A stretch of DNA of 64,000 bases from Aulosira sp. ZfuVER01 (GCA_034530615.2 JAVRCV020000016.1:1-64000); one strand, 5' to 3'; counted from the stretch's first letter, positions 1 through 11,564 are shown. Translations and numbers: made by a program. The notes: generated from the letters alone by a model not told the origin.

Positions 1-3000
1 CCCAACTGGCGGAGGCGATAGTTTTGCCGTCTGGGGAGAAGCTGACGCTAGAAACAATGCTGGTATGCCCTTTGAAGGTTTTTAGTGCTATGTCTCTTAC
101 CCCATATACCGCTTGCCGCAACGCCACTATAACTTGAGTTTTGGCGTCTGGTTCTACCCAAAATTTGGGTATTCGTTGCAGTTTTCCTACTGCCTTTAAA
201 CTGTCAATTAAAGCATCTGTATCTTGTTCTGAGGCAAACAAGGCTTCGCTAGAGGAACTGAGAACGTTAATTTGGGCATTGATATTAGCAATAAATGATT
301 GCACACCAAATACTGCTGCTACAACTGCTAATGTAGCCAAGCCCAAGCCTGCTATGTAAGCTTCACGCAATCGTCGGTTTAAAACTTGATTGAGTCTCGC
401 TTCTACTAATTTGCGCTGTTGTTTTTCTTGTTCTAACTCTGCAAGTAATTCTGCACCCCTTTGTTGGCGAATAAAAGCCACAAGATAATCATGAACTAGC
501 TGATAGCGGTCAGATGGCGATTGGGGAATTAAATATACAATTCCTGATGTTACTAAAATCTCTAACACTAAATTTAATTTATCTGCTTCGGCTGCTAATG
601 ATGCGGCTAACTCTGCTTTAGTTTTCAAAGGGCGAGTATTATTTTCATCTGTAAGCAAATACAAAACTAACTGGGCAGCACGTTCATTTTCTATGCCACA
701 GTCTTTAACTATCGCATCTAAAAATCGCTCAACTAGTTTATCTTTCGGCCCATTTTGCTGATATTGCTCTAGTGTTGTGATATTTTCTGTTTGTAGTTGT
801 GCCCCTACCACTTGCAACTCAATGGGGCGTACTTCCAGGAATTTACCTGCTAAATCTCTAACTAATTCATCTATGAGTTGTGGCTCTAAATAAAAAGAAC
901 GTTCTGTTAAACTTTGAATAACTAATTTAGCTGCTTCCGGTGCAAAATTACCAAAAGCATAGCGAGTTTGTTTGTTGAGAATATCGTTTTTGGTAACTTC
1001 CAGGTTCGTCAGTTTATCACATTCTAATAAATAATGTAAATAATCTTCTCGTAGTGACAAAATTACTTTTACATAAGGCAAATCAAAACTATCTAAACAA
1101 TGATGTAAAAACTCCCAAAACTTTCTTCGATCAACAGGGTTAGCACAATTAAAGAAAAATTCCTCAAACTGGTCAAATATTAAAACTGTCACCAAATTAA
1201 GCTCTACATTTTGCCGCAATTGCTGAATAATTTCTGCTTCTCCCTTTGCTACTTGTGAGATGGAGTTCTTCAATAAATTCCCCAACTCTTCCAACCAATC
1301 GGTGTAAACCTGCACCACCACAGGCAAAATATTCCGCCCTTCAAATACAGTAATTTTATGCAATGCTGGTACTAAACCTGCTGTCAATAAAGAACTTTTA
1401 CCTACACCTGAAGGTCCATGAATCACAATTAATTTGTGGTCATCGCGGCTAATGCGTTCAATTAATTTATCAACATCATATTTGCGACCAGAAGCAACAA
1501 TTTCTTGAGCAATAGTGCCATCTTTAGACTCTGCCCCTAATCTGCTATTGTATAATTCACCTGAACTCAATGCTACTAAAGCCGGATGAATTACCTGTCG
1601 TTGAGATTGTAAGCGACCTGCACCAATAAAAGCGCGTAAACCATATTGCTGTTCAATAGAACTTTGTTCTTGTTTTAGATGAAAAGCAGTTAAATATTGA
1701 TGCTGTTCAAAGTAGAATGTTCTTAATTCTTCTAATATCCGAATATATAGTTTAGGATTATATTCTGGCTTACATTCTTCTTTAGCAATTTCTAGATTGT
1801 TGAGTGCTTCTTGTAGATAACCAAGATGGCGTTTACTTTGAGCTAGTAATAAAAAATACCAACTCATATAATATTGAATAGCCCAATTATTGTCTTGGCT
1901 GGAAGTTTGGGAAATTTTGTGGATGGCTATTTCTGCATATTCCTTGGCTTGTTTCCATTGCGATTTAGCTAGTGCTACTTCAGCTAAGGCAGCATAAGCA
2001 TTAGCTAATCTAATAGGATGGTAATATTTTGTGTGTAATTCAACAGCTTTTTTGGCAATGTTTTCTAACTTTTCCCATTGCCCTAACTGTTGCAAAACTT
2101 CTGCTAAGACGTTGATAAAATTAGCTGCTAGATCGGGACGATTTGCTTGTTGCAATCTCTTAATACAGCGCTGATAATAATTCCGGGCACAGCGACAGGC
2201 TTTGTCATATTCTGCGCGATGTAAAATTGCGTATCTGCGCCACCATAAACCAAGATGGAATAGTATACAGGCTTGCTTTTCTAAATTTCTTTGAATTAAA
2301 GCTGCTGATTCTTGATTGTGACTTTCATCAATAAATTGCTGCCACAAAAATGCTAAACTTTGCCCATATAGTCGGCGCGATTCCTCCATTTTATTTTTCG
2401 CATAAGCATCACGCCCTAACATAAATTGCTGGCTAGCGGTTATTTCTGGTTGTTCGCATCCACGCTGTTTTAATTCCTGTAATGCTGACTCAATTTCAAA
2501 GCGTTTACCTGCACCCATTGCTAAGTTAAGTGCAGCATTATCAAGAAATTGATCTGCTCCAGCAGCTAAGATTTTGGTGAATATTTCCTCCGCTTCTTGG
2601 TGGAGGAAATTGAATAATTCCTGAGATGCGATCGCAAACCGAATTGGTACAGCAGCATAAGTATAAAAATCTGGTGCTAACTTGATCAGTTTTTGCAGCA
2701 CTAAATCGTTAATCCACAACACTAAAGGAAAGGGAAAATCATGCAGAAAATCATCCCGCAAGCGATTAATCGAAACCAGAAAATCATCTAAATTACGAAC
2801 TGATTCTAAGCCAAATATCATGACAGCATTTGGTTGCGTATTGCCAATTGCATCTGTCATGATTGAATAAAGATTGCCTGATGAATTTTGCAGGTTAATT
2901 GCTAAAATATCTAACCCAGAACGCTCTCGTACTTGAGCTAATATCTGTTCTTGTATACCTCCATAATTGCAGCGCACTAAAATTAGCGAAAATCGGCCTT

Positions 3001-3085
3001 GGGCATTTACAATTGCTCTAATGAGAGTAGTAAGCGATCGCTCATTTTGGGTAGTTACATCATCGGGGTTTATTGGCTCACTCAT
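1..3085 (-). CDS. Large STAND (nSTAND1-like) NTPase with TPR-like region, TM helix and C-terminal WD40 repeats; runs off the window start and is absent from the ORF track
   Basis: ATG at 3085 overlaps the upstream TGA (ATGA). Reads MSEPINPDDVTTQNERSL...; Walker A IVIHGPSGVGKSSL (~1385-1430), Walker B VLIFDQFEEFF (~1155-1190), WD40 [24 protein letters not shown] at ~1-75. Confidence 0.85.
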   Translation of the reverse strand, partial: MSEPINPDDVTTQNERSLTTLIRAIVNAQGRFSLILVRCNYGGIQEQILAQVRERSGLDILAINLQNSSGNLYSIMTDAIGNTQPNAVMIFGLESVRNLDDFLVSINRLRDDFLHDFPFPLVLWINDLVLQKLIKLAPDFYTYAAVPIRFAIASQELFNFLHQEAEEIFTKILAAGADQFLDNAALNLAMGAGKRFEIESALQELKQRGCEQPEITASQQFMLGRDAYAKNKMEESRRLYGQSLAFLWQQFIDESHNQESAALIQRNLEKQACILFHLGLWWRRYAILHRAEYDKACRCARNYYQRCIKRLQQANRPDLAANFINVLAEVLQQLGQWEKLENIAKKAVELHTKYYHPIRLANAYAALAEVALAKSQWKQAKEYAEIAIHKISQTSSQDNNWAIQYYMSWYFLLLAQSKRHLGYLQEALNNLEIAKEECKPEYNPKLYIRILEELRTFYFEQHQYLTAFHLKQEQSSIEQQYGLRAFIGAGRLQSQRQVIHPALVALSSGELYNSRLGAESKDGTIAQEIVASGRKYDVDKLIERISRDDHKLIVIHGPSGVGKSSLLTAGLVPALHKITVFEGRNILPVVVQVYTDWLEELGNLLKNSISQVAKGEAEIIQQLRQNVELNLVTVLIFDQFEEFFFNCANPVDRRKFWEFLHHCLDSFDLPYVKVILSLREDYLHYLLECDKLTNLEVTKNDILNKQTRYAFGNFAPEAAKLVIQSLTERSFYLEPQLIDELVRDLAGKFLEVRPIELQVVGAQLQTENITTLEQYQQNGPKDKLVERFLDAIVKDCGIENERAAQLVLYLLTDENNTRPLKTKAELAASLAAEADKLNLVLEILVTSGIVYLIPQSPSDRYQLVHDYLVAFIRQQRGAELLAELEQEKQQRKLVEARLNQVLNRRLREAYIAGLGLATLAVVAAVFGVQSFIANINAQINVLSSSSEALFASEQDTDALIDSLKAVGKLQRIPKFWVEPDAKTQVIVALRQAVYGVRDIALKTFKGHTSIVSSVSFSPDGKTIASASW

Positions 3086-4398
3086 AGCTGAAATTGCTTT
3101 GCTTCCGCTAATACAGGATTTATCCCAAACCAACGCCCTTGGTGATCCTGATATTCAAAGACAAACAAACTGCGTAATAAAGTTTGATAGTTAACTTCAC
3201 CACTAACGCTTTGTTTCTGCACTACTAACCGCAGTGCATCCCACTCATCATCTGTAATCGCTAATACTAGCCCTTCGCGGTATTCGCGGATAGCATTTTC
3301 TAGAGAGTCCCGCGATAAAGGTGGGTCTTCTACTTGAAGACAGCTGTAGAGTATTCCTAACAAGTTCCGCACATGACCGCCACTAATGCGGCATAATCGG
3401 TTTAAAGTTTCGGGTGTATCAAATATTTCTGTAATCAAAGCTAACCTACTGTCAGCATTCACCCCAGGAAAAGCCCTAGCTAATACCATCTGTCGCAAAA
3501 GTGCCAATCCTTCCTCATAGTCTCTTCCATCCCGCAACTGCACAGGCACCATTGGTAAAACCTTGGGAGCCATACCTCCCCCCAAACGATTTTTCAGCGC
3601 CTCAATTTCATTGGAGAACATCAACACCAAAGGAATGGTGTAAACTACATGGCAATTGAGTTTGCGTAACTGCTCACCGCGATCCACAAACAAATATTCA
3701 GGTTGCGATCGCTCTGTGGTTTTGGCTCGCGGATCTACCCGATCCAAGTTATCAATAATTACCACCAGCCCATTTTTACCCTTAGCTTTGAGTTCCTGGG
3801 TGGCACGTTCGAGAACTTCTTGGTTAATTGAGTCTAAAATACTATTGGTGCGAGGTTCCAAGTATTGCCTTAAGCGACTTCTCAGCTTCGGACTATCTTT
3901 AGTTTTAGCGGTAATTTTGGCAATTTTTAGCGGCAAAGAAAGCTCTGCTTCTGCTTTTAACTCTATTGGTGTTTGCAAAAAATCGATGACTTCGTTCAGC
4001 AACCCGGTAAAGTAACCGGGTCGAATTTTGATATTCACAGCTTCTAAACTTTCACTCACCTGCCGCGCGATCGCTAGCATAATATCTGTGACATCCACAT
4101 CAGCCATATCTAAATCCTGAGTGGACTCAAAATAAACTACATGAAAATTTTGCTGTTTTAACTCCGCTTCCAGCCGCCGCAATTCCGTAGACTTGCCACA
4201 ACCAATATGCCCAGTAAACAATTGGCAAGTAGGCTTATTTGGTGCAAGGCGAGTAATCGTCCGCCCTAATGCTTCAATTACCTTGCCACCCCGCACAGAA
4301 GCAAAATCAATATAATATTGCCTTTCCTCAGGATTTTCTAAGACCAAAGTCTTACTGGGATTGCAACTGTCAAAGAATCTTTGTAAATCTAGTTTCAT
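3082..4398 (-). CDS. P-loop ATPase (AAA/KAP-like), partner of the downstream STAND-WD40 gene
   Basis: Walker A FTGHIGCGKST, Walker B VVIIDNLDR; start moved to MKLDLQRFF because the upstream extension is repeat-derived. Confidence 0.85.
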   Translation of the reverse strand: MKLDLQRFFDSCNPSKTLVLENPEERQYYIDFASVRGGKVIEALGRTITRLAPNKPTCQLFTGHIGCGKSTELRRLEAELKQQNFHVVYFESTQDLDMADVDVTDIMLAIARQVSESLEAVNIKIRPGYFTGLLNEVIDFLQTPIELKAEAELSLPLKIAKITAKTKDSPKLRSRLRQYLEPRTNSILDSINQEVLERATQELKAKGKNGLVVIIDNLDRVDPRAKTTERSQPEYLFVDRGEQLRKLNCHVVYTIPLVLMFSNEIEALKNRLGGGMAPKVLPMVPVQLRDGRDYEEGLALLRQMVLARAFPGVNADSRLALITEIFDTPETLNRLCRISGGHVRNLLGILYSCLQVEDPPLSRDSLENAIREYREGLVLAITDDEWDALRLVVQKQSVSGEVNYQTLLRSLFVFEYQDHQGRWFGINPVLAEAKQFQL

Positions 4399-4411
4399 AG
4401 AAAGTCTTCTG

Positions 4412-4770
4412 ACTTGGGGAATGGGGCATGGGGCATTGGGCATGGGAGTATCTACACCCTGCGGGTTCTGCTTCGCAGTAAGGCTTCTCTTCGAGACGCT
4501 ACGCGAAGGCTCAGGGCAAGTGCGCATGGGGCATTGGGATTCTTGATCGTGCCCAACGCCCGTGAAATCCCATACTCTTTGACGGGTAGGACGAGCTTAA
4601 AGATTAATCTAATATGTCCGTAAAATTAACAGCTATTTTTTCAGCATTTGTACAGAAAAATAACAGACTAGCGCAGGGTGTAGATACTCCCATGCCCAAT
4701 GCCCCATGCCCAATGCCCCCTGCCCAATGCCCCATGCCCAATGCCCCATGCCCAATGCCCCATGCCCATA
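4412..4770. repeat. STRR-type heptamer tandem repeats (TGCCCCA/TGCCCAA) with a 40-bp inverted repeat pair (4424-4463 / 4672-4711)
   Basis: Repeats directly visible in the sequence. Confidence 0.85.
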
Positions 4771-4854
4771 CTTCCGATTTCTTAACGAAAAGCAAAACAC
4801 TTATGAGTAATTTGGAGTACAGAATAGTTTTCAGGCACTTATGTATTACAAATC

Positions 4855-6825
4855 ATGTCACAGCCGACAATAGAATCAATCCTACAAGAAACACGTTTGT
4901 TTCCACCGTCTGCGGAATTCTCCCAAAACGCCCACATCAAAAGTCTGGAAGATTACCAACGTCTTTACGACAAAGCCAAAGCCGATCCGCAAAAATTTTG
5001 GGCAGAATTAGCCGAAACTGAATTGCATTGGTTCCAAAAATGGGACACAGTGCTAGATTGGCAACCACCTTTTGCAAAATGGTTTGTCGGCGGTAAAACT
5101 AATATTTCCTACAATTGCTTAGATAGACATCTCACGACTTGGCGTAAGAATAAAGCCGCACTCATTTGGGAAGGTGAACCGGGTGATTCCCGAACTCTTA
5201 CTTATGCCCAACTACATCGGGAAGTGTGCCAGTTTGCCAATGTGCTGAAACTACTGGGAATCCAAAAAGGCGATCGCGTTGGTATTTATATGCCAATGAT
5301 TCCCGAAGCGGCGATCGCTATGTTAGCCTGTGCGAGAATTGGCGCACCTCACAGTGTAGTATTTGGTGGTTTTAGTGCGGAAGCTTTGCGCGATCGCTTA
5401 ATCGATGCTGAGGCAAAATTGGTAATCACTGCTGATGGTGGTTGGCGTAAAGATGCGATCGTTCCTCTTAAAGTACAAGTTGACAAAGCTTTAGCGAATA
5501 ACGCTGTCCCCAATGTGAAAAATGTGCTTGTAGTAGAACGTACAAAGCAACAAACTCACATGGAACCAGGACGCGACCATTGGTGGCACGATCTCCAAAA
5601 AGGTGTGTCAGCCGATTGTCCCGCCGAACCAATGGATAGCGAAGATTTGCTGTTTATTCTCTACACTTCTGGTAGTACTGGCAAACCCAAGGGTGTGGTG
5701 CATACAACGGCTGGGTATAACTTATTTACCCACATGACCACAAAATGGATCTTCGATTTGCAAGATACAGATGTATATTGGTGTACTGCCGATGTCGGTT
5801 GGATTACAGGGCATAGCTACATTGTTTACGGCCCGCTTTCCAACGGTGCAACAACGCTAATGTATGAAGGTGCGCCCCGTGCTTCTAATCCTGGCTGTTT
5901 TTGGGATGTGATTGAAAAATACGGTGTCAATATTTTTTATACTGCACCTACAGCAATTCGCGCATTTATTAAAATGGGCGAACACCTTCCCAAATCCCGC
6001 ATTTTGTCTTCCTTGCGGTTGCTGGGAACCGTAGGCGAACCAATTAACCCAGAAGCTTGGATGTGGTATCACAAAGTAATTGGTGGTGAACGCTGTCCAA
6101 TTGTTGATACCTGGTGGCAAACGGAAACTGGCGGGATCATGATTACACCGCTACCAGGCGCAATCTCCACCAAACCCGGTTCCGCAACGCTTCCCTTCCC
6201 TGGCATTCTCGCAGATATCGTAGATTTGGAAGGCAATACTGTACCTGACAACGAAGGTGGTTATTTAGCAGTACGTCATCCTTGGCCGGGAATGATGCGC
6301 ACAGTTTACGGCGATCCCGAACGCTTCCGCCGTACTTACTGGGAACATATACCCCCGAAAGATGGTAAGTATACTTATTTTGCTGGTGATGGGGCGAGAA
6401 AGGATGAAGATGGTTACTTCTGGGTAATGGGACGAGTAGATGACGTACTGAATGTATCAGGTCATCGCTTGGGGACAATGGAAGTAGAATCAGCCTTGGT
6501 ATCTCATCCGGCGGTTGCAGAAGCTGCGGTTGTAGGTAAACCAGATGAACTCAAAGGTGAGGAAGTAGTTGCTTTTGTAACTTTAGAAGGTACTTACCAA
6601 GCCAGTGAAGATTTGAGTAAAGAACTCAAGCAGCACGTTGTCAAAGAAATTGGTGCGATCGCTCGTCCTGGTGAAATTCGCTTTACAGACGCTCTGCCAA
6701 AAACGCGATCGGGTAAAATCATGCGGCGGTTGCTGCGAAATCTCGCGGCTGGACAAGAAGTAGCTGGCGATACCTCAACTTTAGAAGACCGCAGTGTATT
6801 AGATAAACTCCGAGAAGGAGCGTAA
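4855..6825 (+). CDS. acs: Acetyl-CoA synthetase
   Basis: [14 protein letters not shown]-binding motif, [21 protein letters not shown]. Confidence 0.97.
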   Translation: MSQPTIESILQETRLFPPSAEFSQNAHIKSLEDYQRLYDKAKADPQKFWAELAETELHWFQKWDTVLDWQPPFAKWFVGGKTNISYNCLDRHLTTWRKNKAALIWEGEPGDSRTLTYAQLHREVCQFANVLKLLGIQKGDRVGIYMPMIPEAAIAMLACARIGAPHSVVFGGFSAEALRDRLIDAEAKLVITADGGWRKDAIVPLKVQVDKALANNAVPNVKNVLVVERTKQQTHMEPGRDHWWHDLQKGVSADCPAEPMDSEDLLFILYTSGSTGKPKGVVHTTAGYNLFTHMTTKWIFDLQDTDVYWCTADVGWITGHSYIVYGPLSNGATTLMYEGAPRASNPGCFWDVIEKYGVNIFYTAPTAIRAFIKMGEHLPKSRILSSLRLLGTVGEPINPEAWMWYHKVIGGERCPIVDTWWQTETGGIMITPLPGAISTKPGSATLPFPGILADIVDLEGNTVPDNEGGYLAVRHPWPGMMRTVYGDPERFRRTYWEHIPPKDGKYTYFAGDGARKDEDGYFWVMGRVDDVLNVSGHRLGTMEVESALVSHPAVAEAAVVGKPDELKGEEVVAFVTLEGTYQASEDLSKELKQHVVKEIGAIARPGEIRFTDALPKTRSGKIMRRLLRNLAAGQEVAGDTSTLEDRSVLDKLREGA

Positions 6826-6904
6826 ATGAGTCAAAAGTCAAAGTATAAATAAAAACTGACTTTTGACTGTGGAACATTTGACACATCATTGCTAGTCAAG
6901 GGTA

Positions 6905-6941
6905 ATTGAGGTGCGTATGCGATCGGCTAACGCACCTCAAT
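6905..6941. terminator. Stem-loop downstream of acs
   Basis: attgaggtgcgt ... acgcacctcaat inverted repeat. Confidence 0.5.
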
Positions 6942-6981
6942 TTATCATAGGGATCAGAACACTCTTGAAGGATTGAGGACA

Positions 6982-7689
6982 ATGAAGCTGAACAACCAAA
7001 TTAAATCAGTATTTGTTCAACCTCTTAGTTACATAACACTGAGTATGATAACTACAATTTTCATCTCACCATCAGTGTTAGCAGTAACTACACAAGATTC
7101 TTTACATTCTTCTAAATCTTCTACAGACAAATTTACTGAACTACAAAGTTTTAGCAGTAAAGAGCAAAAACTAGCACAGGTTGAAGACTCAGTTTTACAA
7201 GAGCGATCGCAATTTATTCAACAAGCCAACGCTTTATACAGCCAAGGCAATTTCAAGGGTGCAGAGGAAACTTTACGCAAATTTCTCAAAAGATTCCCCG
7301 AAGACGCTTTTGGACACTTCCAACTCGGAAATGTACTGTTTCGGCAAAAGAGGCCGGACGAAGCAATTAGTTCCTACCAAGAAGCCATTCGCCTCAAACC
7401 AAAATATGCTCTAGCTTACAATTCGATCGGGATTGTTTACGCCAGCCAAAGTCAGTGGGATAACGCAATGGTTGAATATCGCAAAGCGTTGGAAATTAAT
7501 TCTGATTATGCTGATGCGTTGACTAATTTAGCACTGGCACTGTGGCAAACAAATAAAAAGGATGAGGCTTTAGCTTCTCTGACAAAGGCTTTAAATATCT
7601 TTAAATCACAAAACAGAAACGAAAAAGCTTATCAAGTTGAACAAATCTTGCAAAAAATCAAAAATTCCGATAGTCCTGGGGTTTCATAA
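6982..7689 (+). CDS. Secreted TPR-repeat protein
   Basis: Hydrophobic N-terminal signal; TPR helices (AYNSIGIVYASQ, ALTNLALAL). Confidence 0.85.
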   Translation: MKLNNQIKSVFVQPLSYITLSMITTIFISPSVLAVTTQDSLHSSKSSTDKFTELQSFSSKEQKLAQVEDSVLQERSQFIQQANALYSQGNFKGAEETLRKFLKRFPEDAFGHFQLGNVLFRQKRPDEAISSYQEAIRLKPKYALAYNSIGIVYASQSQWDNAMVEYRKALEINSDYADALTNLALALWQTNKKDEALASLTKALNIFKSQNRNEKAYQVEQILQKIKNSDSPGVS

Positions 7690-7825
7690 CAATCAAATTA
7701 ATTCTCTGATGGGGCTTTGACTTGAGGGCATCAGATTGGTTTGTAGAAGTTGCAGAAAAGCGCTGGATTCAGGTTATACCAATTTAAAAAAGAAAGCGAA
7801 ATATGGGTAGGGGCACGACAATGTT

Positions 7826-8841
7826 CATTGGTGTCAACTTAAGAAGATTTTGCCCAAATTTGTTGGGTGTAAGCGTCAATCTCACGATGGCGCTTACGCC
7901 TGGCTTTGACTAATCCAAAGAGCTTTTGACGTTCCATAAGATCGGGAACAGCATCACTGGCATCACCACGGATAACAGCTTGAGAAAAATGGTATAAACC
8001 ACGAAAGATCATTTCTGTAGAAATTCGGTCTAGTGGGTGATTCAATGCGATGCCAAAGGCAAGCCGCTTCGCGTCTACGCCACATCAATACATAATTGAT
8101 TGAGAACAGCATAAAAAATCCAAGTAGCTAGAATTTGGATGTGTACGCCATTGGTATCGCCCACCCAGATATCAGCCAATCCCAAAAGCCTTTTTGTTAG
8201 CAAAAATGCATCTTCAACGCGCCAACGTCTTCGATATAATTCACAGACTTGCTGTGCAAATAATATTTGAGGGTCGAGTACATTTGTCAGATAGTAATCA
8301 ATATCGTTCGGTTAAGACATCTCTTCATTGAGGCAGCAGAGGGGCAGAGGAGCAGACGAGAGAGCTTGCAGTAAGATTTTTCCTTCTCCTCTGCGCCCCT
8401 GCACCCCTGCTCCCTTGCCTGCCTTGACGAACAAATTTCTTATCCGAACCGTATTGAGAGAGTAATACCAAGTTTTATCATTAGCTCTGCTGTTAGCCGT
8501 GTACCAGACTGTGACTGGATTGTGAGTGAATGCTGTCACCACCATCATTACTGGCAATCTTAGTATCCGCAATGCCTGCGGCGGGCTGCGCCTACGCAAT
8601 TTTTTCTTGTCTTTGCCCTCACACAACTTGAGTGGCTTGAAGCTGCCTGGTGAGAGCAATGAATATAGTTGCTTGTCGATTTCCTCTATCGGCGGGGAAG
8701 GTACATGCTTTTGCTGCCGCAGATCCGGGGTTCCTTTTCGCGCTGGACGTTTTCTACTCATGATGTATCACTCAGAACATCTTGATTGATGTTCTGAGTG
8801 ATACATCTTATGGTTCCTTTTTGCTTAAGTTGACACCAATG
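7826..8841 (-). mobile_element. Internally deleted IS4-family element with transposase pseudogene fragments and nested small repeats
   Basis: Perfect 18-bp TIRs cattggtgtcaacttaag (7826-7843) / cttaagttgacaccaatg (8824-8841); fragments MSRKRPARKG..., ELYRRRWRVEDAFLLTKRLLG, ISTEMIFRGLYHF. Confidence 0.85.
8298..8458. repeat. MITE-like element nested in the IS4 remnant
   Basis: Imperfect TIRs tcaatatcgttcggttaaga / tcttatccgaaccgtattga; a similar end occurs at ~21722. Confidence 0.6.
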
Positions 8842-9357
8842 AGCAATGCTGTGCCCTATTATGCATTGCATCCAAACGAGAACCGCTATATTTTTGTACG
8901 CCACTAATCTCTCCTAAGGCAATCCCAAACTTTTTTAGGCTATGCCCCATACCTCATTCAAATTAGAAACTTGCTCTATATTCAGTGCCAAGTTTTTCTG
9001 TCTTCAATCTTCTGCCAGATTTGCAAGACACATACCACAAATATGGTTAATATAGTTTAAAAATGTTGAATCTACTGGATTTAACAGTTTTTCTTAACTA
9101 ATTAGCGCTTTGATTGCAACAGTTAGCATCTGCCACAAGAGCTATATTTTTCGGCTCTAGTAGCTTTGAGCCATTGAAGATGGTGCTGATATCTCAGGGT
9201 TTAAGAATACTTTACATCTCAGTTCCCAAAAACCAGTCTTTTAACTCATGACTGTGTATTCCCAATAGGCATTTGTCAATATGTTGAGTAACATAATCGA
9301 CATACTATTACTTCAGAGTATAAAAATTTATTCTATCTTTACAGGAGTGCTGTCAAG

Positions 9358-11439
9358 GTGATTTCCCCTATTGTGTTTCCTAAAGATCGTCAGTCTGATA
9401 TTCTCGCAACAACGGTATTTACTAAGAGCGATCGCCTTTATTCTTACCCAGAATTCGGACTGAATACAGTTTTTCGTGCCTCCGTATTATCTTTGAGCGT
9501 TAGTATCAGTCTCGGTCTGTTGACTTTACTGGGCACAAGCTGCGGCAGTGCCTTTGCGCAAGTGCCTCCTGTAGGTGAAAAACAACTTTCTCAGGTTAAT
9601 GTGTTGTTTGTCAACCCTGGTATCGGAGAAGACAAAGAAGGCAATGGTGGTGAACGCACTCCTTTCAAAACAATTACCCAAGCATTACAAAAAGCTACGC
9701 CTAATACCGTAATTACACTTACTACAGGTACTTACAGTAGCGAAACAGGAGAGGTATTTCCCTTAATGCTCAGACAGGGGATTTCAATTCAAGGGGAGGC
9801 TAGCAATCAAGGCAAGGGGATTACGATTCGAGGCGGTGGTGAATACCTCAGTCGCAGTTTTGGTGGTCAAAACGTCACCATTGTCGGGGCAAACCAAGCA
9901 GGTTTAACGGGAGTCACAGTGACAAACCCCAATCCGCGCGGTTATGGTTTGTGGATTGAATCTAGCAATCTAGTAATTTCACAAAATACATTTACTGGCA
10001 ATACCCAAGATGGGGTGCTTGTGACTGGCAATGCCACACCAACTATTAGCCAGAATAACTTTTACCGTAATGGAGCCAATGGGATTACAATCGCTGGTAC
10101 TTCCCAAGCCCAGGTACGGGAAAATGTCTTTCAAGAAACTGGCTTTGGCATTAATATTGCTCAAAATGCCGCACCAGCTATTTTCAACAATCAAATTCAA
10201 AACAATAGATCTGGGATTATCGTACAAGCCAACGCCCACCCAATTTTGCGGAATAACATTATTGAGGGTAGTAAAGAAGATGGTATGGTAGCGATCGCCC
10301 AAGCTCTGCCAGATTTGGGTAATAATTCGGAACCTGGTGGTAATCAATTTCGCAACAATGCTCGCTACGACATTAACGCCAGTGCTGCTAAACAAGTAAT
10401 TGCTGCTATTGGTAACACTCTGACCAACAATCGCATCGTCGGTAAGGTAGATGTTAAAGTTGCGACAACGCTCGTAGCCCGGAATATTCAACCTGCGACG
10501 GGTGGGCCTCAAGATGTACCTACTAATGGTGAAATCATCTTCTCAGCTCCAGGACTCGCTGAAACACCTAACAGGCTAAACATACCAGCTGCCGACAACA
10601 GCAATTCTCGTAATAACCTGAGCATTGGCAAATTGAATCCCCAACTATTGCCACTGCTACCAGCCAATACATCACGTCCGGTTCCCAAATTCAATGCACC
10701 GCAACCCACCCCTACAGTCAACTCTCCAGTTCCCGGCTTTCCAGTTCCCAGCAGCTTGACAGGTAGAGAAACACCACTCAATCCTCCAGTTTCTCCAACA
10801 GCAAGTATGCCTCCTGTAGCTGGGAATTCCGCTGATACACCCCAGTTAAATTACGTGCAGGTGAATACAAATGCCATTGAGTTTGCCCCACCCCAACCTC
10901 CAAGCAATTCTGTAGTCAGGCCACCAGCATCGAGAGCCAGGAGTAAAAAGCAGTCATCACCAAGGCGACAAGCACCTCCTGTGGGTAACTCAAATCTTTT
11001 ACCCGTTCCCAATTCCAATATCCCAATGGGCAATACTCGGAATATGCGGAAAGTACCAGTACCAGAAGGTTATCCCACTGGGAATTATGGCGGTTCATTG
11101 CCCAATAATGTAGCTCCTGCTGCTTCACTTCCCTATGGTGTGACAACAGCTCCAATGAATGCCGATTCATTACCCCCTAATGCCGTTCCGATGGGTAGCA
11201 ATCCAACACAGTATGGAGCTATCAGCCCGATGGGTGTACGTTACCGCGTATTAGTAGAAGTGGCAACTGAAAGGGATCAAGAGTTAGTTCGATACCTTGC
11301 CCCTGGCGCTTTTCCCACAGTCTCGCAGGGACGAAACTTCATGCAAGTGGGAGTATTTAGCAGTCGCTCTAATGCTGAGGGCATGATGAACACGCTCAAT
11401 AGCAACGGTTTAAGAGCCATCTTTGAAGTGTTGAATTGA
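9358..11439 (+). CDS. DUF1565-type right-handed beta-helix protein with Pro-rich linker and SPOR-like C-terminus
   Basis: LFVNP..G..PFKTITQAL, GTYSSETGEVFPL, parallel beta-helix repeats, C-terminal QVGVFSSRSNA; start codon uncertain. Confidence 0.8.
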   Translation: MISPIVFPKDRQSDILATTVFTKSDRLYSYPEFGLNTVFRASVLSLSVSISLGLLTLLGTSCGSAFAQVPPVGEKQLSQVNVLFVNPGIGEDKEGNGGERTPFKTITQALQKATPNTVITLTTGTYSSETGEVFPLMLRQGISIQGEASNQGKGITIRGGGEYLSRSFGGQNVTIVGANQAGLTGVTVTNPNPRGYGLWIESSNLVISQNTFTGNTQDGVLVTGNATPTISQNNFYRNGANGITIAGTSQAQVRENVFQETGFGINIAQNAAPAIFNNQIQNNRSGIIVQANAHPILRNNIIEGSKEDGMVAIAQALPDLGNNSEPGGNQFRNNARYDINASAAKQVIAAIGNTLTNNRIVGKVDVKVATTLVARNIQPATGGPQDVPTNGEIIFSAPGLAETPNRLNIPAADNSNSRNNLSIGKLNPQLLPLLPANTSRPVPKFNAPQPTPTVNSPVPGFPVPSSLTGRETPLNPPVSPTASMPPVAGNSADTPQLNYVQVNTNAIEFAPPQPPSNSVVRPPASRARSKKQSSPRRQAPPVGNSNLLPVPNSNIPMGNTRNMRKVPVPEGYPTGNYGGSLPNNVAPAASLPYGVTTAPMNADSLPPNAVPMGSNPTQYGAISPMGVRYRVLVEVATERDQELVRYLAPGAFPTVSQGRNFMQVGVFSSRSNAEGMMNTLNSNGLRAIFEVLN

Positions 11440-11564
11440 TTGAAGTGAAGGGGCAGTCCTGATGAAAAAAGGACAAGGGGGATGAGGGAGTGTGGGAGAG
11501 GGTGGGAAGAAATTAAGAAAATGGTGCAGGGGGCAGGGGATAAATAATTAATGACTATTGCCCA

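Noticed and set aside
4361..5021. Short ORFs rich in MPNAPCP / GHGALG
   Set aside because: Translations of STRR heptamer repeats, not genes
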